Position numbers and translations under genes: made by a program | Source: a virus | Lineage: Duplodnaviria; Caudoviricetes | DNA: 59,808 nt | Direction: 5' to 3' (one strand) | Virus record (IMG/VR): IMGVR_UViG_3300033150_001833 | Span: 1 to 59,808 of that record | Shown: positions 19,607 to 28,686 of the stretch, one piece after another | Numbering within the stretch: position 1 is the stretch's first letter | Layout: each line of letters opens with the position of its first letter | Notes under the pieces: generated by a model | Told to the model about the DNA's origin: nothing | Databases searched by the model: none | What the model saw: only the letters and a program-made list of their open reading frames with translations

Positions 19607-19985
19607 TTTTTTTGTATATACCCTTTTCTTTAATCAGATAATCATTCACCATATCAAATCGAATTTTTTCATCGGTATCGCAAATCATGTCGAGCAGCGT
19701 GGCCCACCTATTAGCAACTGCGAACCGTTTTCGTTCTTCGGACAAAGTGTTTTGAAGCATATGGATTGTTGTATTTAAAGTTTCGGTTCTAAGTTTCAAT
19801 ACCTTGGTTGCTTTTTTATGATCAGGCATACTTATAAATACAGAGTAAATCCCGATGCAACAAAAACCCAATATCGCTACGATAGTTGCCAGAATTGCAG
19901 CATTCGCAATGAATGTAATTCGTTTTTTGTAAGTCTCAGCTCTTGTTAAATAGCTCATATTATCATCTCCTTTTCGGCCATTCAA
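19596..19985 (-). CDS. Membrane-anchored coiled-coil protein
   Basis: N-terminal TM helix followed by coiled coil. Confidence 0.6.
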   Translation of the reverse strand: MNGRKGDDNMSYLTRAETYKKRITFIANAAILATIVAILGFCCIGIYSVFISMPDHKKATKVLKLRTETLNTTIHMLQNTLSEERKRFAVANRWATLLDMICDTDEKIRFDMVNDYLIKEKGIYKKNEN

Positions 19986-21983
19986 AATATGTTGCCGGGC
20001 ACCCTGATGGAGGTAGTGCCGGCGAGCATAATATTAATGTTTCGCGGCTTCTGGTAACTGCAACATAAAACATTCTACGTATTGCATCTTGATTATTTTT
20101 TTCCATATATGCCGCCCTGCTAAGATCCGGAAATACAACAACACAGTCTGCCTCTCCCCCTTTCACCGAATGGACAGTTCCAATAATAAGTTTCGGTTTT
20201 TTGCGCAAAGTATCAGCTCCACAATATTTAAGAACAGACATAGGATAATTTAAACTATTCATCCTGGATTTTACAACGTTATTTTTAAGCCATTGTATAT
20301 CTCTGCTTAATGCAGCATTAACAGCAGCTGGCGATAATATATCATTAAGAACTTCACGAGTAGTGTGAAGACCCATTGCATGTTCATCAACCGCCTTTTC
20401 CAAAACTGCTAAAGCTTTCTTTCCTTTTTTCTTGATCAGGCCGGTTTCTCCAACTTTAATAAACCTGGCCCACTTTAAAAATTGCGGAACACTCCAATAA
20501 GCATCATCAGATTTATCAAGAAAATTTATATCATATCTTTGCAATCGATATGGATTATGAAATGGGATACCCTTAGCTCGTAATAAGTGCTTTAACGGTT
20601 CAAGCATATAGGAACATGATGCCAAAAACATAACATTTTTATCTTGTTTTATATATTGAAGAGCAAGCTCCAAAACTCCATCTGGAGCTTTGAAATTATC
20701 ATTATGATAAATAACTTCACCAGGAACCGGATCAAGATTATCATCCATGCGAGCCCTATATTCTTTTGGTTCCCTGATAGTAACTTTTGAGATTATTTTA
20801 TTGGCAACCTTTAAAACCGTTTCTGGAACTCTCCAACTTTGTTTTAATACCGTTTTAAATTCTTTTGATATGGGCGGATTAATAAGAGATTTAACATCAG
20901 CGCCTATCCATTCATATAATGTTTGATCATCATCAGCGCACATAACAAACCACTCCATCGCTGCGCCCCATGATCTGATCAGTTTAAATTGCACTGGTGT
21001 GAAGTCTTGGGCTTCATCTAAAAACATAACAGCAGGATTATTAGGAGCAATTGGAAACTCCTCGATTGCATTTTCAATTAAATCTTCAAAATCAACAACA
21101 TTAAGTTCTTTTTTGAATCCATCCCATGCTTTCTTAAAACTTCTAAGGCTAACCCTCCATGTACTTTCTGGAATCATCTTGGCTTTCAAAATCTGGATTT
21201 CAGACAAAACTTTATCACCGTTATTTTGTGGATTAAAACAATCATCATATTCATCTGCTGACTTCCCGCTCCCTGATAATAACCAACGAGGATTTTCAGT
21301 ATTCCATTCTTTAATATGCTTAATTGCAAGGTCCGGCTGGCCAAACGCTCGATAACATAAACTATGAAGAGTGCCTACGTTTCGTTCATCAACCTTAATA
21401 TCCCTAGAAGCAATTTCTTTGGCCGCTGCCCTGGTAAATGATGCAACCATAACTTTATAACTTTATCATGACCGTATTTTTCAATTGCTCGGGGAACATG
21501 CCGGCGGGCTAGTACTCGGGTTTTGCCTGTGTTATGAACAATGAATTCATTAGCTACATAATTATGATACGGAGAAGCCATCGCCACAGCAAAGGTCGGT
21601 CCTTTACCAACATACTCAATGCGTTTAATGGTATCTTTAGCAGGAAAAACACATCCATCATAAACATTAACAACACTCCCGGGTTTTAAATTGGCTAACT
21701 CAACAAATTCACCCGGAGTTTTAAATGGATGATCTATCGTTGTTGTTATTGATCTGCCGGATATTGTAGTTGTTTTATATAATTTTTGAATTTTGCTGTA
21801 TGAAATATATAAAATATCATGGGGTCCGATTAACTCACCCTGCAATGATAATAACTGTTTAGGAATAGTCATACAGTTAATTTTAAAGTATGCCATTTCT
21901 ATTGTATATGGTCTTCCGCTGATATTTAAAATAGTATCAACAGCCAAACATCCTGGCGGACCGAATATACGGTATTCTTTCAT
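19963..21983 (-). pseudogene. UvrD/Rep-like SF1 helicase with mini-intein, frameshifted by an 8-bp duplication
   Basis: GPPG[intein]TGKT, SFTRAAA, TLHS, DEAQD, TVHSVKGGEAD, YVAVTR; aactttat x2 at 21451-21466. Confidence 0.85.
21531..21950 (-). mobile_element. Mini-intein (140 aa, no homing endonuclease) in helicase Walker A
   Basis: N-terminal CL, block B TIDHPF, C-terminal NYVANEFIVHN followed by Thr. Confidence 0.9.
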
Positions 21984-21994
21984 AATGCTTCAAC

Positions 21995-22249
21995 CTATTT
22001 AAGTGGCAATTCAATTTGTTTTTCCTGAACAGACACGGTATATTTCTCTGATTTCAGCTTGGGTTCTGGGTAGAACTCCAAGCTTGGTGTAATTTCGACC
22101 TGTTCGTTGTTGCCATCTAGGTTCAGTTTGATTGTCAAATTTAGATCATAGCCACTTTTCTCAAAAGCTGTAGCGATGTTCTGATGATAATTATTAATTA
22201 GATTTGCCACTTCTTTTAAAATTTGTTCAATTGTTCTGTCTAAGTTCAT
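21995..22249 (-). CDS. Hypothetical protein
   Basis: SD GGAGG upstream. Confidence 0.65.
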   Translation of the reverse strand: MNLDRTIEQILKEVANLINNYHQNIATAFEKSGYDLNLTIKLNLDGNNEQVEITPSLEFYPEPKLKSEKYTVSVQEKQIELPLK

Positions 22250-22433
22250 GGTTTTCCTCCTCCAATTTCTGTGCCCGTGCTTTCCATATTCTCAATTCCT
22301 GTCTTAATTTTAACAACTCAGCTGCTCGATTGCCTATTGTCGCAGCATGATGAATGCCGTAACCGGCAAAAACGATAATCAAAATAGAGAAAAATGATAT
22401 TACTATTACCATTATGTCATGGGTTCCCGGCAT
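22227..22433 (-). CDS. Small TM + coiled-coil protein
   Basis: Hydrophobic helix followed by charged helix. Confidence 0.6.
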   Translation of the reverse strand: MPGTHDIMVIVISFFSILIIVFAGYGIHHAATIGNRAAELLKLRQELRIWKARAQKLEEENHELRQNN

Positions 22434-22664
22434 TTAGACCTCCTTCGCATCCAGAAGACACTCCTCTTCTAATTCTGCGTACATAGTTTCATAAACATAG
22501 TTAGCCATAGCCAGCGGTAAATCAATATTCTGAAATTGTATTTTATTTATCTCCGCCCGCTCTCTACACGGTTCTTCGTGCCTCGACCCCGGAATTTCCG
22601 GCGCAATCTCATAAAAAACCCTGACCGGAATCTTGATTTCTGTATCAATATAATTCTGCACCAT
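22434..22664 (-). CDS. Hypothetical protein
   Basis: RBS, operon context. Confidence 0.6.
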   Translation of the reverse strand: MVQNYIDTEIKIPVRVFYEIAPEIPGSRHEEPCRERAEINKIQFQNIDLPLAMANYVYETMYAELEEECLLDAKEV

Positions 22665-22825
22665 TATTCCCCCCCCAATTTAATTTTTATCCTCTTTGAT
22701 CATCTTGTTTAGCTCATCAATGAGCTTTTTTGGTGTCCTGGCACTCCGACACCCTTCTTCTATTTTGATTTTTCTTGTTCGCTTTCTTTGTTTTTTAATT
22801 CGTGCTCCCATATTGTTCATCCTCC

Positions 22826-23178
22826 TTAAAATAAAATATCCATTACATCAGCGGCGCTCCTGGTGGTATGCTTGTGATCTAAGGAAGTAATTTCTTTCCT
22901 CATAGCAAAAACAACATCACCAAAAGCTTCTATTATTGTTTCTGCAGTAGTGCTATCTGCCGCCATTGCCATAGCACGCCACTTAATAAATTTTTCGACT
23001 ACATCGTCAGAAGCAATAACCATCATATTCAATCCGATTCTTTGCAATTTAATAGCCATTGCTTTCACTTTCCCCTGATTTAATTTCGAGGACCCTGATT
23101 TAATTTCGAGGATGCAAGCATGTCCATAACCACACCAATAAACTCTGAATACAGCTCTACCTTTTTAGTCTGTGTCAT
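22826..23178 (-). pseudogene. Hypothetical protein broken by a 20-bp tandem duplication
   Basis: ccctgatttaatttcgagga x2 at 23073-23112; removing one copy fuses ATG23178 (strong SD) to ORF 22826-23068. Confidence 0.75.
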
Positions 23179-23200
23179 AAATTTCTCCTTTCTTCTTTAA

Positions 23201-23449
23201 TTAGCGAACTCCTTCTTCACTATACCATTTCACAAATGTATCTAAGTCCAATCCTTCAACCTCAATCTCCCCAACATCAACAAGCAATGTTGCTGTTGCC
23301 CACTCACCTTTCATTAAATTGATTTTGACTCCCCGCACTACATTCGAGATATCTATGCCAGTCTCCATATGCTCAACTTTTACATGATCTGATATTGCCA
23401 CAAACGGGTGGCTATCAGCAGCCGGCTTCAGTGTTATCTTCAATCCCAT
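23201..23449 (-). CDS. Hypothetical protein (directly after the last attC-like core site)
   Basis: GTTAGTT-AAGGAGG-ATG. Confidence 0.65.
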   Translation of the reverse strand: MGLKITLKPAADSHPFVAISDHVKVEHMETGIDISNVVRGVKINLMKGEWATATLLVDVGEIEVEGLDLDTFVKWYSEEGVR

Positions 23450-23462
23450 ACAACCTCCTTAC

Positions 23463-23495
23463 AACTAACGAGAAAATTACTCGCTCTTTTTAGTC
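23463..23495 (-). other. attC-like right arm only
   Basis: AAAAAGAGCGAGTAATTTTCTCGTTAGTT. Confidence 0.45.
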
Positions 23496-23634
23496 ATGTG
23501 AATTTCATAAATGACGGTTCTTCCAACCTTCATGCTCCAAAACTCTGTGATGTTGAATGAAAAAGTTTCATTATCTTAGCTTTGGCCTTATAGTATAGGT
23601 TTTCCCTATATTACATATAGGGGATGTCTGATTA

Positions 23635-24168
23635 CTAAGGAAATATTCGAATATCCTCATTAGATTTCCTCTTTTTTAATTGATAATTTAGCTGTCGTTT
23701 AATAACATGCAATGGCCAAAAAGGTTTACCACATTCGTCGCAGCTTATCGAAGCCAACAATCCCGAATGCGCGACACCACAATGGGGACATACTATCGCT
23801 CCATGTGGAAGAATAGCCTGGTATGATTGTTCAGGTGATTGTTTTGATATTTCTGTTTTATCATCACCATTTTCGGTCCCGCTTGATGCACCATCTTTAT
23901 AGGCACGCAACAGAGGTTCGGCTGTTTGAAAACTGTTAATCGCTCGAATATTATAAAGACCATATTTCACGCAATACCGCTCGCCAGGACCAACATATTC
24001 GCCGCATTCCGAACATGGCCCACCTTCAGCCTCAATTTTGAACTCAAGAAGCTCGTGCCAAATAGCACAAGCATCGCATGGATTATCATTCAGTCCCCTG
24101 CCTCCGCATGAACAATAATTATTGATAATGTTCATTAGCTGGTCTTCGCTTATTATTATCTTATACAT
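23635..24168 (-). CDS. Cassette gene: multi-zinc-ribbon hypothetical protein
   Basis: Several CxxC pairs; SD AGGAGG. Confidence 0.6.
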   Translation of the reverse strand: MYKIIISEDQLMNIINNYCSCGGRGLNDNPCDACAIWHELLEFKIEAEGGPCSECGEYVGPGERYCVKYGLYNIRAINSFQTAEPLLRAYKDGASSGTENGDDKTEISKQSPEQSYQAILPHGAIVCPHCGVAHSGLLASISCDECGKPFWPLHVIKRQLNYQLKKRKSNEDIRIFP

Positions 24169-24175
24169 TTATACC

Positions 24176-24235
24176 TCCTATCGTTTTTAGTTGGTCTGCA
24201 CTACTTTTTGGCGTTAGAGTCCAACGTTGTTGCCA
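24176..24235 (-). other. attC-like site (degenerate)
   Basis: GGCAAC AACGTTGGACTCTAACGCC AAAAAG TAGTGCAGACCAACTAAAAAC GATAGGA; same family as 24986 and 27766. Confidence 0.6.
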
Positions 24236-24449
24236 CAAACCATTCACGCCACACTTCAGTTATCTGCCAGAACATAGCTCTAATATTTGTAAATATCATG
24301 CGAGCATTCTTACGTTTGTAATGTTTTACAGCCGACATAAAAAAAGCCAGCGCACCATTGATGTGAAACCACACCAGGAAGTATTTAGCTTTAGGATTTC
24401 TCGACATTTTCCTAAACACAAGATAATATGTTTTAGTGATAAGATTCAT
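24201..24449 (-). CDS. Cassette gene, hypothetical
   Basis: ATG lies within the upstream core site; C-terminus reads into the attC. Confidence 0.5.
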   Translation of the reverse strand: MNLITKTYYLVFRKMSRNPKAKYFLVWFHINGALAFFMSAVKHYKRKNARMIFTNIRAMFWQITEVWREWFVATTLDSNAKK

Positions 24450-24541
24450 AATGTCTGAACTCACCAGTGGGCAGGAAACTCAAAATGTCGATTTACTCCG
24501 ATAGCCGACCCTGCCCATCTGCGTGCAGCGCCTGGTTATCA
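24446..24541 (-). other. attC site
   Basis: GATAAC CAGGC GCT[G]CAC[G]CAG[A]TGGGCAGG ... CCTGCCCACTGGTGAGT TCAGAC ATTATGA; three extrahelical bases. Confidence 0.85.
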
Positions 24542-24740
24542 AAATATCGTTTTTCAGTTTTCTATTTTGCAATTTTCAATGTCTGATATGGTCCTATGCC
24601 AATGTCGGAATCATAATACATCGGATAAATATACCATCCGTCTGATTCTCGGCATATCCCGCCATATTTCAGATGCGTATACCATCCAGATTCTTCTTTT
24701 CTCCATTCAAAATGACTGCCACTCATAATCTAAATTCCTT

Positions 24741-24798
24741 TTATAACCACATTAGTTTAGCAGGCGGCTATTCGCTCCGCTGGAACGCTTTGTTATGC
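24741..24798 (-). other. attC site
   Basis: GCATAAC AAAGC GTT[C]CAGCGG[A]GCG..CGCCTGCTAAAC..GTTATAA. Confidence 0.8.
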
Positions 24799-24985
24799 TA
24801 TCCTCTCAATCGCCTTAGCTAACGGCAACCATTTCGATACACGTCCCCCACATTTGGCGCATATATATCCGTGATCGTCTGTATACACTTTTCCATATTT
24901 TTTACATGCGGGGTTGTCCAGGTTGCAATACCTGCCTCCAGGCTTCTCAAATTTTATTTTGTTTTTTTTTCATTTTTTCCTCAAA

Positions 24986-25046
24986 GCATAAAACTTAGCT
25001 GACCTGCGGCTGCTTTTTACCATCAGAGTCGAGCAACTGGTTGTGC
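24986..25046 (-). other. attC site
   Basis: GCACAAC CAGTT GCT[C]GAC[T]CTG[A]TGGT AAAAAGCA GCCGCAGGTCAGC TAAGT TTTATGC. Confidence 0.8.
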
Positions 25047-25255
25047 TGTATATGTATATTATCTTCCAAATCCAAGCCACATTTCTTGCAGGAATTGTCA
25101 ATTCCATTATTTACATAGTAATGGGCAAAGGTTTTTTCGAGCAAGCTTATCCTTTTCTCGTTTTTTGTTGGTGTGTCAGGATAGCAAACATGACAAGAAA
25201 CTTTATATTCTGTCCCGCATTTTTTACATATTACACCCATAATTACTCCTTTCAC
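24995..25255 (-). CDS. Cassette gene, Cys-rich hypothetical
   Basis: C-terminus NQLLDSDGKKQPQVS is translated attC. Confidence 0.6.
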   Translation of the reverse strand: MKGVIMGVICKKCGTEYKVSCHVCYPDTPTKNEKRISLLEKTFAHYYVNNGIDNSCKKCGLDLEDNIHIQHNQLLDSDGKKQPQVS

Positions 25256-25274
25256 TCGTCGGCCGCCACATTGT

Positions 25275-25478
25275 TTATAAAAGTTTAAGCTCGTTCGGCC
25301 ATACTAGGCATTTATGATTCCCCATATTATATCTTACATCTGGCTTTATATCAGTGTAAATAATATATGCAGCTACATGCTTACTATCTATTGATGATTT
25401 TATTATTTTTTCTACTGTAGCATTACCCAAATAATCATGGACAACCCTATCACCAATTTTAAACTTTTCCGCTTTTTT
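25275..25478 (-). CDS. Hypothetical SH3/KOW-like small protein
   Basis: FKIGDRVVH..LG...V motif. Confidence 0.5.
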   Translation of the reverse strand, partial: KKAEKFKIGDRVVHDYLGNATVEKIIKSSIDSKHVAAYIIYTDIKPDVRYNMGNHKCLVWPNELKLL

Positions 25479-25722
25479 CATTTTTTTCTTTAAGTTTAGC
25501 AATTACAAGGCCAACGGCATAATCATTAACCCATCTGGGGTCATCCATGAATGCCATGACTGTCGCTCGGTCACGATTAAGATCATACAAAATCCCCTCG
25601 GCAGGTTGTTTTATAAACTCCTCTATGTCTGCCTCTTTTGGTCCGTCCAATGTCATAAAAACAATTTTACCTTCTTTTTCTTTTTGAAGGACCAACTCTT
25701 TTAATTTCTCTTTATCAGTCAT
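25459..25722 (-). CDS. Hypothetical protein
   Basis: ORF in array. Confidence 0.6.
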   Translation of the reverse strand: MTDKEKLKELVLQKEKEGKIVFMTLDGPKEADIEEFIKQPAEGILYDLNRDRATVMAFMDDPRWVNDYAVGLVIAKLKEKNEKSGKV

Positions 25723-25893
25723 GGTTCATCCCCTTATCGCTATCAATTTAACTGAAGAAATATCCTTCACTTTACATGTACAGCTTTGTTGTTTTAAAGA
25801 ATAAGCGTCTTCCGCTTGGTTCCATGCCCATGATTGGGCAGGTGGAATCTTAGCTCTTTTACAATATTTCATTTTCCATCGCCATTTGTACAT

Positions 25894-25952
25894 ATTTACC
25901 CCTCTAATCAGCCGCCGTGCTCTTTTCGGTCAGCTGCATTGCTTGATTATGC
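25894..25952 (-). other. attC site (core degenerate)
   Basis: GCATAAT CAAGC AAT[G]CAGCTG[A]CCG..CGGCGGCTGATT AGAGG GGTAAAT. Confidence 0.75.
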
Positions 25953-26134
25953 TTTTTAGCAGAAAACCTATGAATATAAGTATCGCCTCCAGTATATGTT
26001 ATCCTACAATCTTCTCTTCGATCTCTGTGCATTGCCCTATGACGTGTAATTCCAAGATAGTGAAAACTTTTTTTACAGGTATGGCAATAACAATTTTTAA
26101 ACCTCGTCACTTTCATTTTACCCTTTTGAAGCAT
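25904..26134 (-). CDS. Cassette gene, C2H2-like zinc finger
   Basis: CHTCKKSFHYLGITRHRAMH. Confidence 0.6.
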   Translation of the reverse strand: MLQKGKMKVTRFKNCYCHTCKKSFHYLGITRHRAMHRDRREDCRITYTGGDTYIHRFSAKKHNQAMQLTEKSTAAD

Positions 26135-26185
26135 AACAGATTAAGTCAGCAACGTTTTTCAATCTGCCAGGACAACTGATTATCT
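26131..26185 (-). other. attC-like site (degenerate)
   Basis: AGATAAT CAGTT...CGTTGCTGACT TAATCT GTTATGC. Confidence 0.6.
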
Positions 26186-26421
26186 GTCTCATCTTTCACC
26201 AATTCTGGTTTACCGATAAAAAGTGCTGCACTTCTAAAAGCATCAAAACATTGATCATGTACGCCGTCTTCGTCATTGGCCCAAATAATGATTCCTTTCA
26301 ATAATGCTTCAATATGGTTTTTAGCTTCTTGTTCCACATTGTAGTGTGGACAGTTAGGGTGATGTTGTGTAAGTAACAACACATTATCACGTGCCCAATT
26401 TTTACATTCGCAATCTATCAT
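26146..26421 (-). CDS. Cassette gene, hypothetical
   Basis: SD AAGGAG after core site. Confidence 0.6.
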   Translation of the reverse strand: MIDCECKNWARDNVLLLTQHHPNCPHYNVEQEAKNHIEALLKGIIIWANDEDGVHDQCFDAFRSAALFIGKPELVKDETDNQLSWQIEKRC

Positions 26422-26434
26422 ATTGCTCCTTCCC

Positions 26435-26556
26435 CGATAACGATTGAATTAAGCGATACGCCCACAAATCGGGGATACCAAATCATAGCCAAGCGGATCG
26501 GGCTTCATGTCTTTGCAGCACGGATTTCTCACATCTGCTTTAACGGGTTGGTATCG
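26435..26556 (-). other. Long attC-like site (degenerate)
   Basis: Right arm CGTATCGCTTAATTCAATCGTTATCG; left CGATAC..GTTAAAGCAGATG. Confidence 0.5.
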
Positions 26557-26685
26557 CCAACCCGTTTGTGTTTGATACCAATCACACATTCTTGTGTTCC
26601 CATAACAGCGCATGCAAAACTTAGAGTCTATGCCATTGCATATTGGACAACCCTTTTTCCTTTTGTCTTCTGATAATGATTTCAT
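26449..26685 (-). CDS. Cassette gene, Cys-rich
   Basis: CPIC..CMRC; reads through the attC. Confidence 0.5.
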   Translation of the reverse strand: MKSLSEDKRKKGCPICNGIDSKFCMRCYGNTRMCDWYQTQTGWRYQPVKADVRNPCCKDMKPDPLGYDLVSPICGRIA

Positions 26686-26908
26686 TTTTTACCTGTTTGT
26701 TTTTTTTGTTATACTGTTTTTATATTTTTAAAACTTCTCGCATAAGGCCATGTTTTTCACATATTTCTCGGCACCTTAAAAAATGAGTGGTTAAGTCCAT
26801 CATTTCTGTAGCACGGCCGCCTGTAATTTCTTTTGATGTTTTTATTAACATCGCAAGCGTTTCAACAAAATCCTTATTATGCACTTTTTTGCCAGCTATT
26901 AATGCTCC

Positions 26909-26955
26909 TTCCAACGGCTCTTTATAATCCCGTCCACTGAACACAGGGGTTATCC
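26909..26955 (-). other. attC-like site with internal deletion
   Basis: GGATAAC CCCTG TGTTCAGTGGACGGG..AGAGCC GTTGGAA. Confidence 0.6.
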
Positions 26956-27131
26956 GATGTTCTTTGTTGCCAAAGACGGTTAGCTTCCATGCCGTCTTTT
27001 GATATTGGCCCTTGCGCGCCGCATGAAACACATTTTATTGCTTTCCACGGTTTGCCTTTTGTTGTTGATAAAAGTGTTAGTTTCAGATTCTCGGTTTCTC
27101 CGCAAAAAGGACATTTTACCAAATGATCCAC
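26922..27131 (-). CDS. Lar-family restriction alleviation-like protein
   Basis: CPFCG...CVSCGAQGP...A...WQQR. Confidence 0.7.
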   Translation of the reverse strand: MDHLVKCPFCGETENLKLTLLSTTKGKPWKAIKCVSCGAQGPISKDGMEANRLWQQRTSDNPCVQWTGL

Positions 27132-27148
27132 TTTTTATTTCCTCCAGG

Positions 27149-27207
27149 ATATAATATACTTAGATTAGCCGCCCATTCTTTGAGTCAGATAGATTTACTT
27201 GTTAGTT
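27149..27207 (-). other. attC site (degenerate)
   Basis: AACTAAC AAGTA AAT[C]TATCTG[A]CTCA..TGGGCGGCTAATC..ATTATAT. Confidence 0.65.
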
Positions 27208-27342
27208 TTTTTGCTTCTTTATAATCATGCCGTACGTGCCTTTTTGATCTTCTATATATTTTCTTTGGCGATGAGAATAATCCCCGTAAATCATTTTTCT
27301 TATTTTTTTTGATTTCTTGCCATTCATCTTTGTCTCCTTAAA

Positions 27343-27393
27343 AACTAACGTTTAATTAAGCAGCTTTTGTCTGCCTGAATTTCTTGGTTATGT
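27343..27393 (-). other. attC site (short)
   Basis: ACATAAC CAAGA AATT[C]AGGCAG[A]C AAAA GCTGCTTAATT AAAC GTTAGTT. Confidence 0.75.
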
Positions 27394-27395
27394 GT

Positions 27396-27469
27396 CGCCC
27401 CCACTCTGGAATCAAACCAGTAGGCTGAAGACTAGGACAGCCAGCCCGCCCATCAGGGATCAGGAGGGC
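27396..27469 (-). ncRNA. tRNA-like element as sole cargo of a mini-cassette
   Basis: GCCCTC..GGGGGC acceptor-like stem, CTGG-TTTGATT-CCAG T-arm, GGCTG..CAGCC central arm. Confidence 0.45.
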
Positions 27470-27529
27470 ACATAACACTAAACTGAGCCGCCGAAGTTTT
27501 TATTGATCGCCCCCAGTGACTTGTTGGAA
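27470..27529 (-). other. attC site
   Basis: TTCCAAC AAGTC ACTGGGGGCGATC..CGGCGGCTCAGT TTAGT GTTATGT. Confidence 0.7.
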
Positions 27530-27754
27530 GGAAATTTTTGGTATATTAATTTCCTTTATAGTTTTTTTTGCTAAATCGATTTCATAAAGATGACCAACAT
27601 AACTTTCTGGCTCAAAATTAGAAACCGACTGTTCTCTTTCCCAAAGTAAAATTGCTGCCTGTTTTGGCGATGAAACAACTTTTTGAGTTACTGGCATATT
27701 TTTTATGCCAGTAAAATAATGAGACATTAAAATAATAAATAATAGTATTTTCAT
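27500..27754 (-). CDS. Cassette gene with N-terminal hydrophobic segment
   Basis: Bounded by 15-bp inverted cassette ends. Confidence 0.6.
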   Translation of the reverse strand: MKILLFIILMSHYFTGIKNMPVTQKVVSSPKQAAILLWEREQSVSNFEPESYVGHLYEIDLAKKTIKEINIPKISFQQVTGGDQ

Positions 27755-27765
27755 AACAAATTTCC

Positions 27766-27826
27766 TTCCAACAATTTAGCTGACCGATGCTACTTTTTGG
27801 TGTCAGAATCTAGCAGCTTGTTATCT
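27766..27826 (-). other. attC site
   Basis: AGATAAC AAGCT GCTAGATTCTGACACC AAAAAG TAGCATCGGTCAGC TAAATT GTTGGAA. Confidence 0.75.
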
Positions 27827-27981
27827 GTCTTCGGTATTTTTACTGTGGGCATAGGAATTCGTGGACATTTAATAGCTGGTTCCTTGTAATTACATCCCCA
27901 TCGAACACAATGAGAAGAGCCAAAAATGTCAGCAGTGTCAAAATATAGCCGATGCCCAAAAATTTTACATAATATATTCAC
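27790..27981 (-). CDS. Cassette gene, DUF1660-like (LCKIFGH...CxR)
   Basis: N-terminal LCKIFGHR motif typical of small prophage proteins. Confidence 0.5.
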   Translation of the reverse strand: MNILCKIFGHRLYFDTADIFGSSHCVRWGCNYKEPAIKCPRIPMPTVKIPKTDNKLLDSDTKK

Positions 27982-27989
27982 AACAAACT

Positions 27990-28043
27990 CCTTTATGTAT
28001 GAATCAGCGTTGAGTGTTCATCCGCCGGACCGGCTTGTTAAGT
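27990..28043 (-). other. attC-like site (degenerate)
   Basis: ACTTAAC AAGCC GGT[C]CGGCGG[A]TG..CAACGCTGATT. Confidence 0.6.
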
Positions 28044-28282
28044 GTTTTATAATTATTAAGTAAAACTGTTGAACATTTTGTGCCACGTTGAACACTCGAT
28101 TGCACGGTAACACCCTCAACAGCTAAATCCCTATCTCGAATAGAGGCTAAAATATGCTCTAATGTCGCGGATATTATTAAGGTTCCGTCATTATGGACAA
28201 GTTCCGCATAGATGGTATTTGGTCTCAGCTGACCATGTTCGTTTCCATCCATTCTAATATTTTGTAAATGATATATTTCCAT
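28004..28282 (-). CDS. Hypothetical protein
   Basis: ORF in array. Confidence 0.6.
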   Translation of the reverse strand: MEIYHLQNIRMDGNEHGQLRPNTIYAELVHNDGTLIISATLEHILASIRDRDLAVEGVTVQSSVQRGTKCSTVLLNNYKTLNKPVRRMNTQR

Positions 28283-28604
28283 TTTTTTCTTCTTTCTTTG
28301 ATTCCGGTGCTATGATTTTAGAATAACGAATATAATTCTCATCAATATTCACTTCCACTATTATAAAACCTGGAATAGTAGTTTGAATTATTTTTTTTAT
28401 CATAGCAGTCTTATCAGTTGACTTTGATCCACTTATTGAGACTGTAATAGTTTTTTCCCAAATATCTTGATTGATAATCATAAATTTTGCTTCTATATAA
28501 TTCAATAGATCCTGAACATCTTTGTTTGGCATGTCCAATTTGGGATTTATTTCTTTTATGTATTCAAAAAAATCACGCCTGTCTTCTTCTGTTAAAAAAT
28601 TCAT
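28254..28604 (-). CDS. Hypothetical protein
   Basis: SD upstream. Confidence 0.6.
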   Translation of the reverse strand: MNFLTEEDRRDFFEYIKEINPKLDMPNKDVQDLLNYIEAKFMIINQDIWEKTITVSISGSKSTDKTAMIKKIIQTTIPGFIIVEVNIDENYIRYSKIIAPESKKEEKNGNISFTKY

Positions 28605-28626
28605 ATTTCCCCCTTTTCCGCTATCC

Positions 28627-28686
28627 CGACAACATGGAAATCAGCAATCTTCTATCTTTGGTTTTGGCAGATTTCCAACATTATCT
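28627..28686 (-). other. attC-like site (degenerate)
   Basis: AGATAAT..GGAAATCTGC...TTGCTGATTTCC AT GTTGTCG. Confidence 0.5.

Noticed and set aside
26720-27031. 103-aa ORF as called in the ORF track
   Set aside because: Its 5' half overlaps the Lar-like gene and an attC; the likely gene begins near 26899 after the SD
27396-27469. Calling the element a functional tRNA-Sec or tRNA-Asp
   Set aside because: No canonical 7-nt anticodon loop, D-arm or CCA; kept only as tRNA-like
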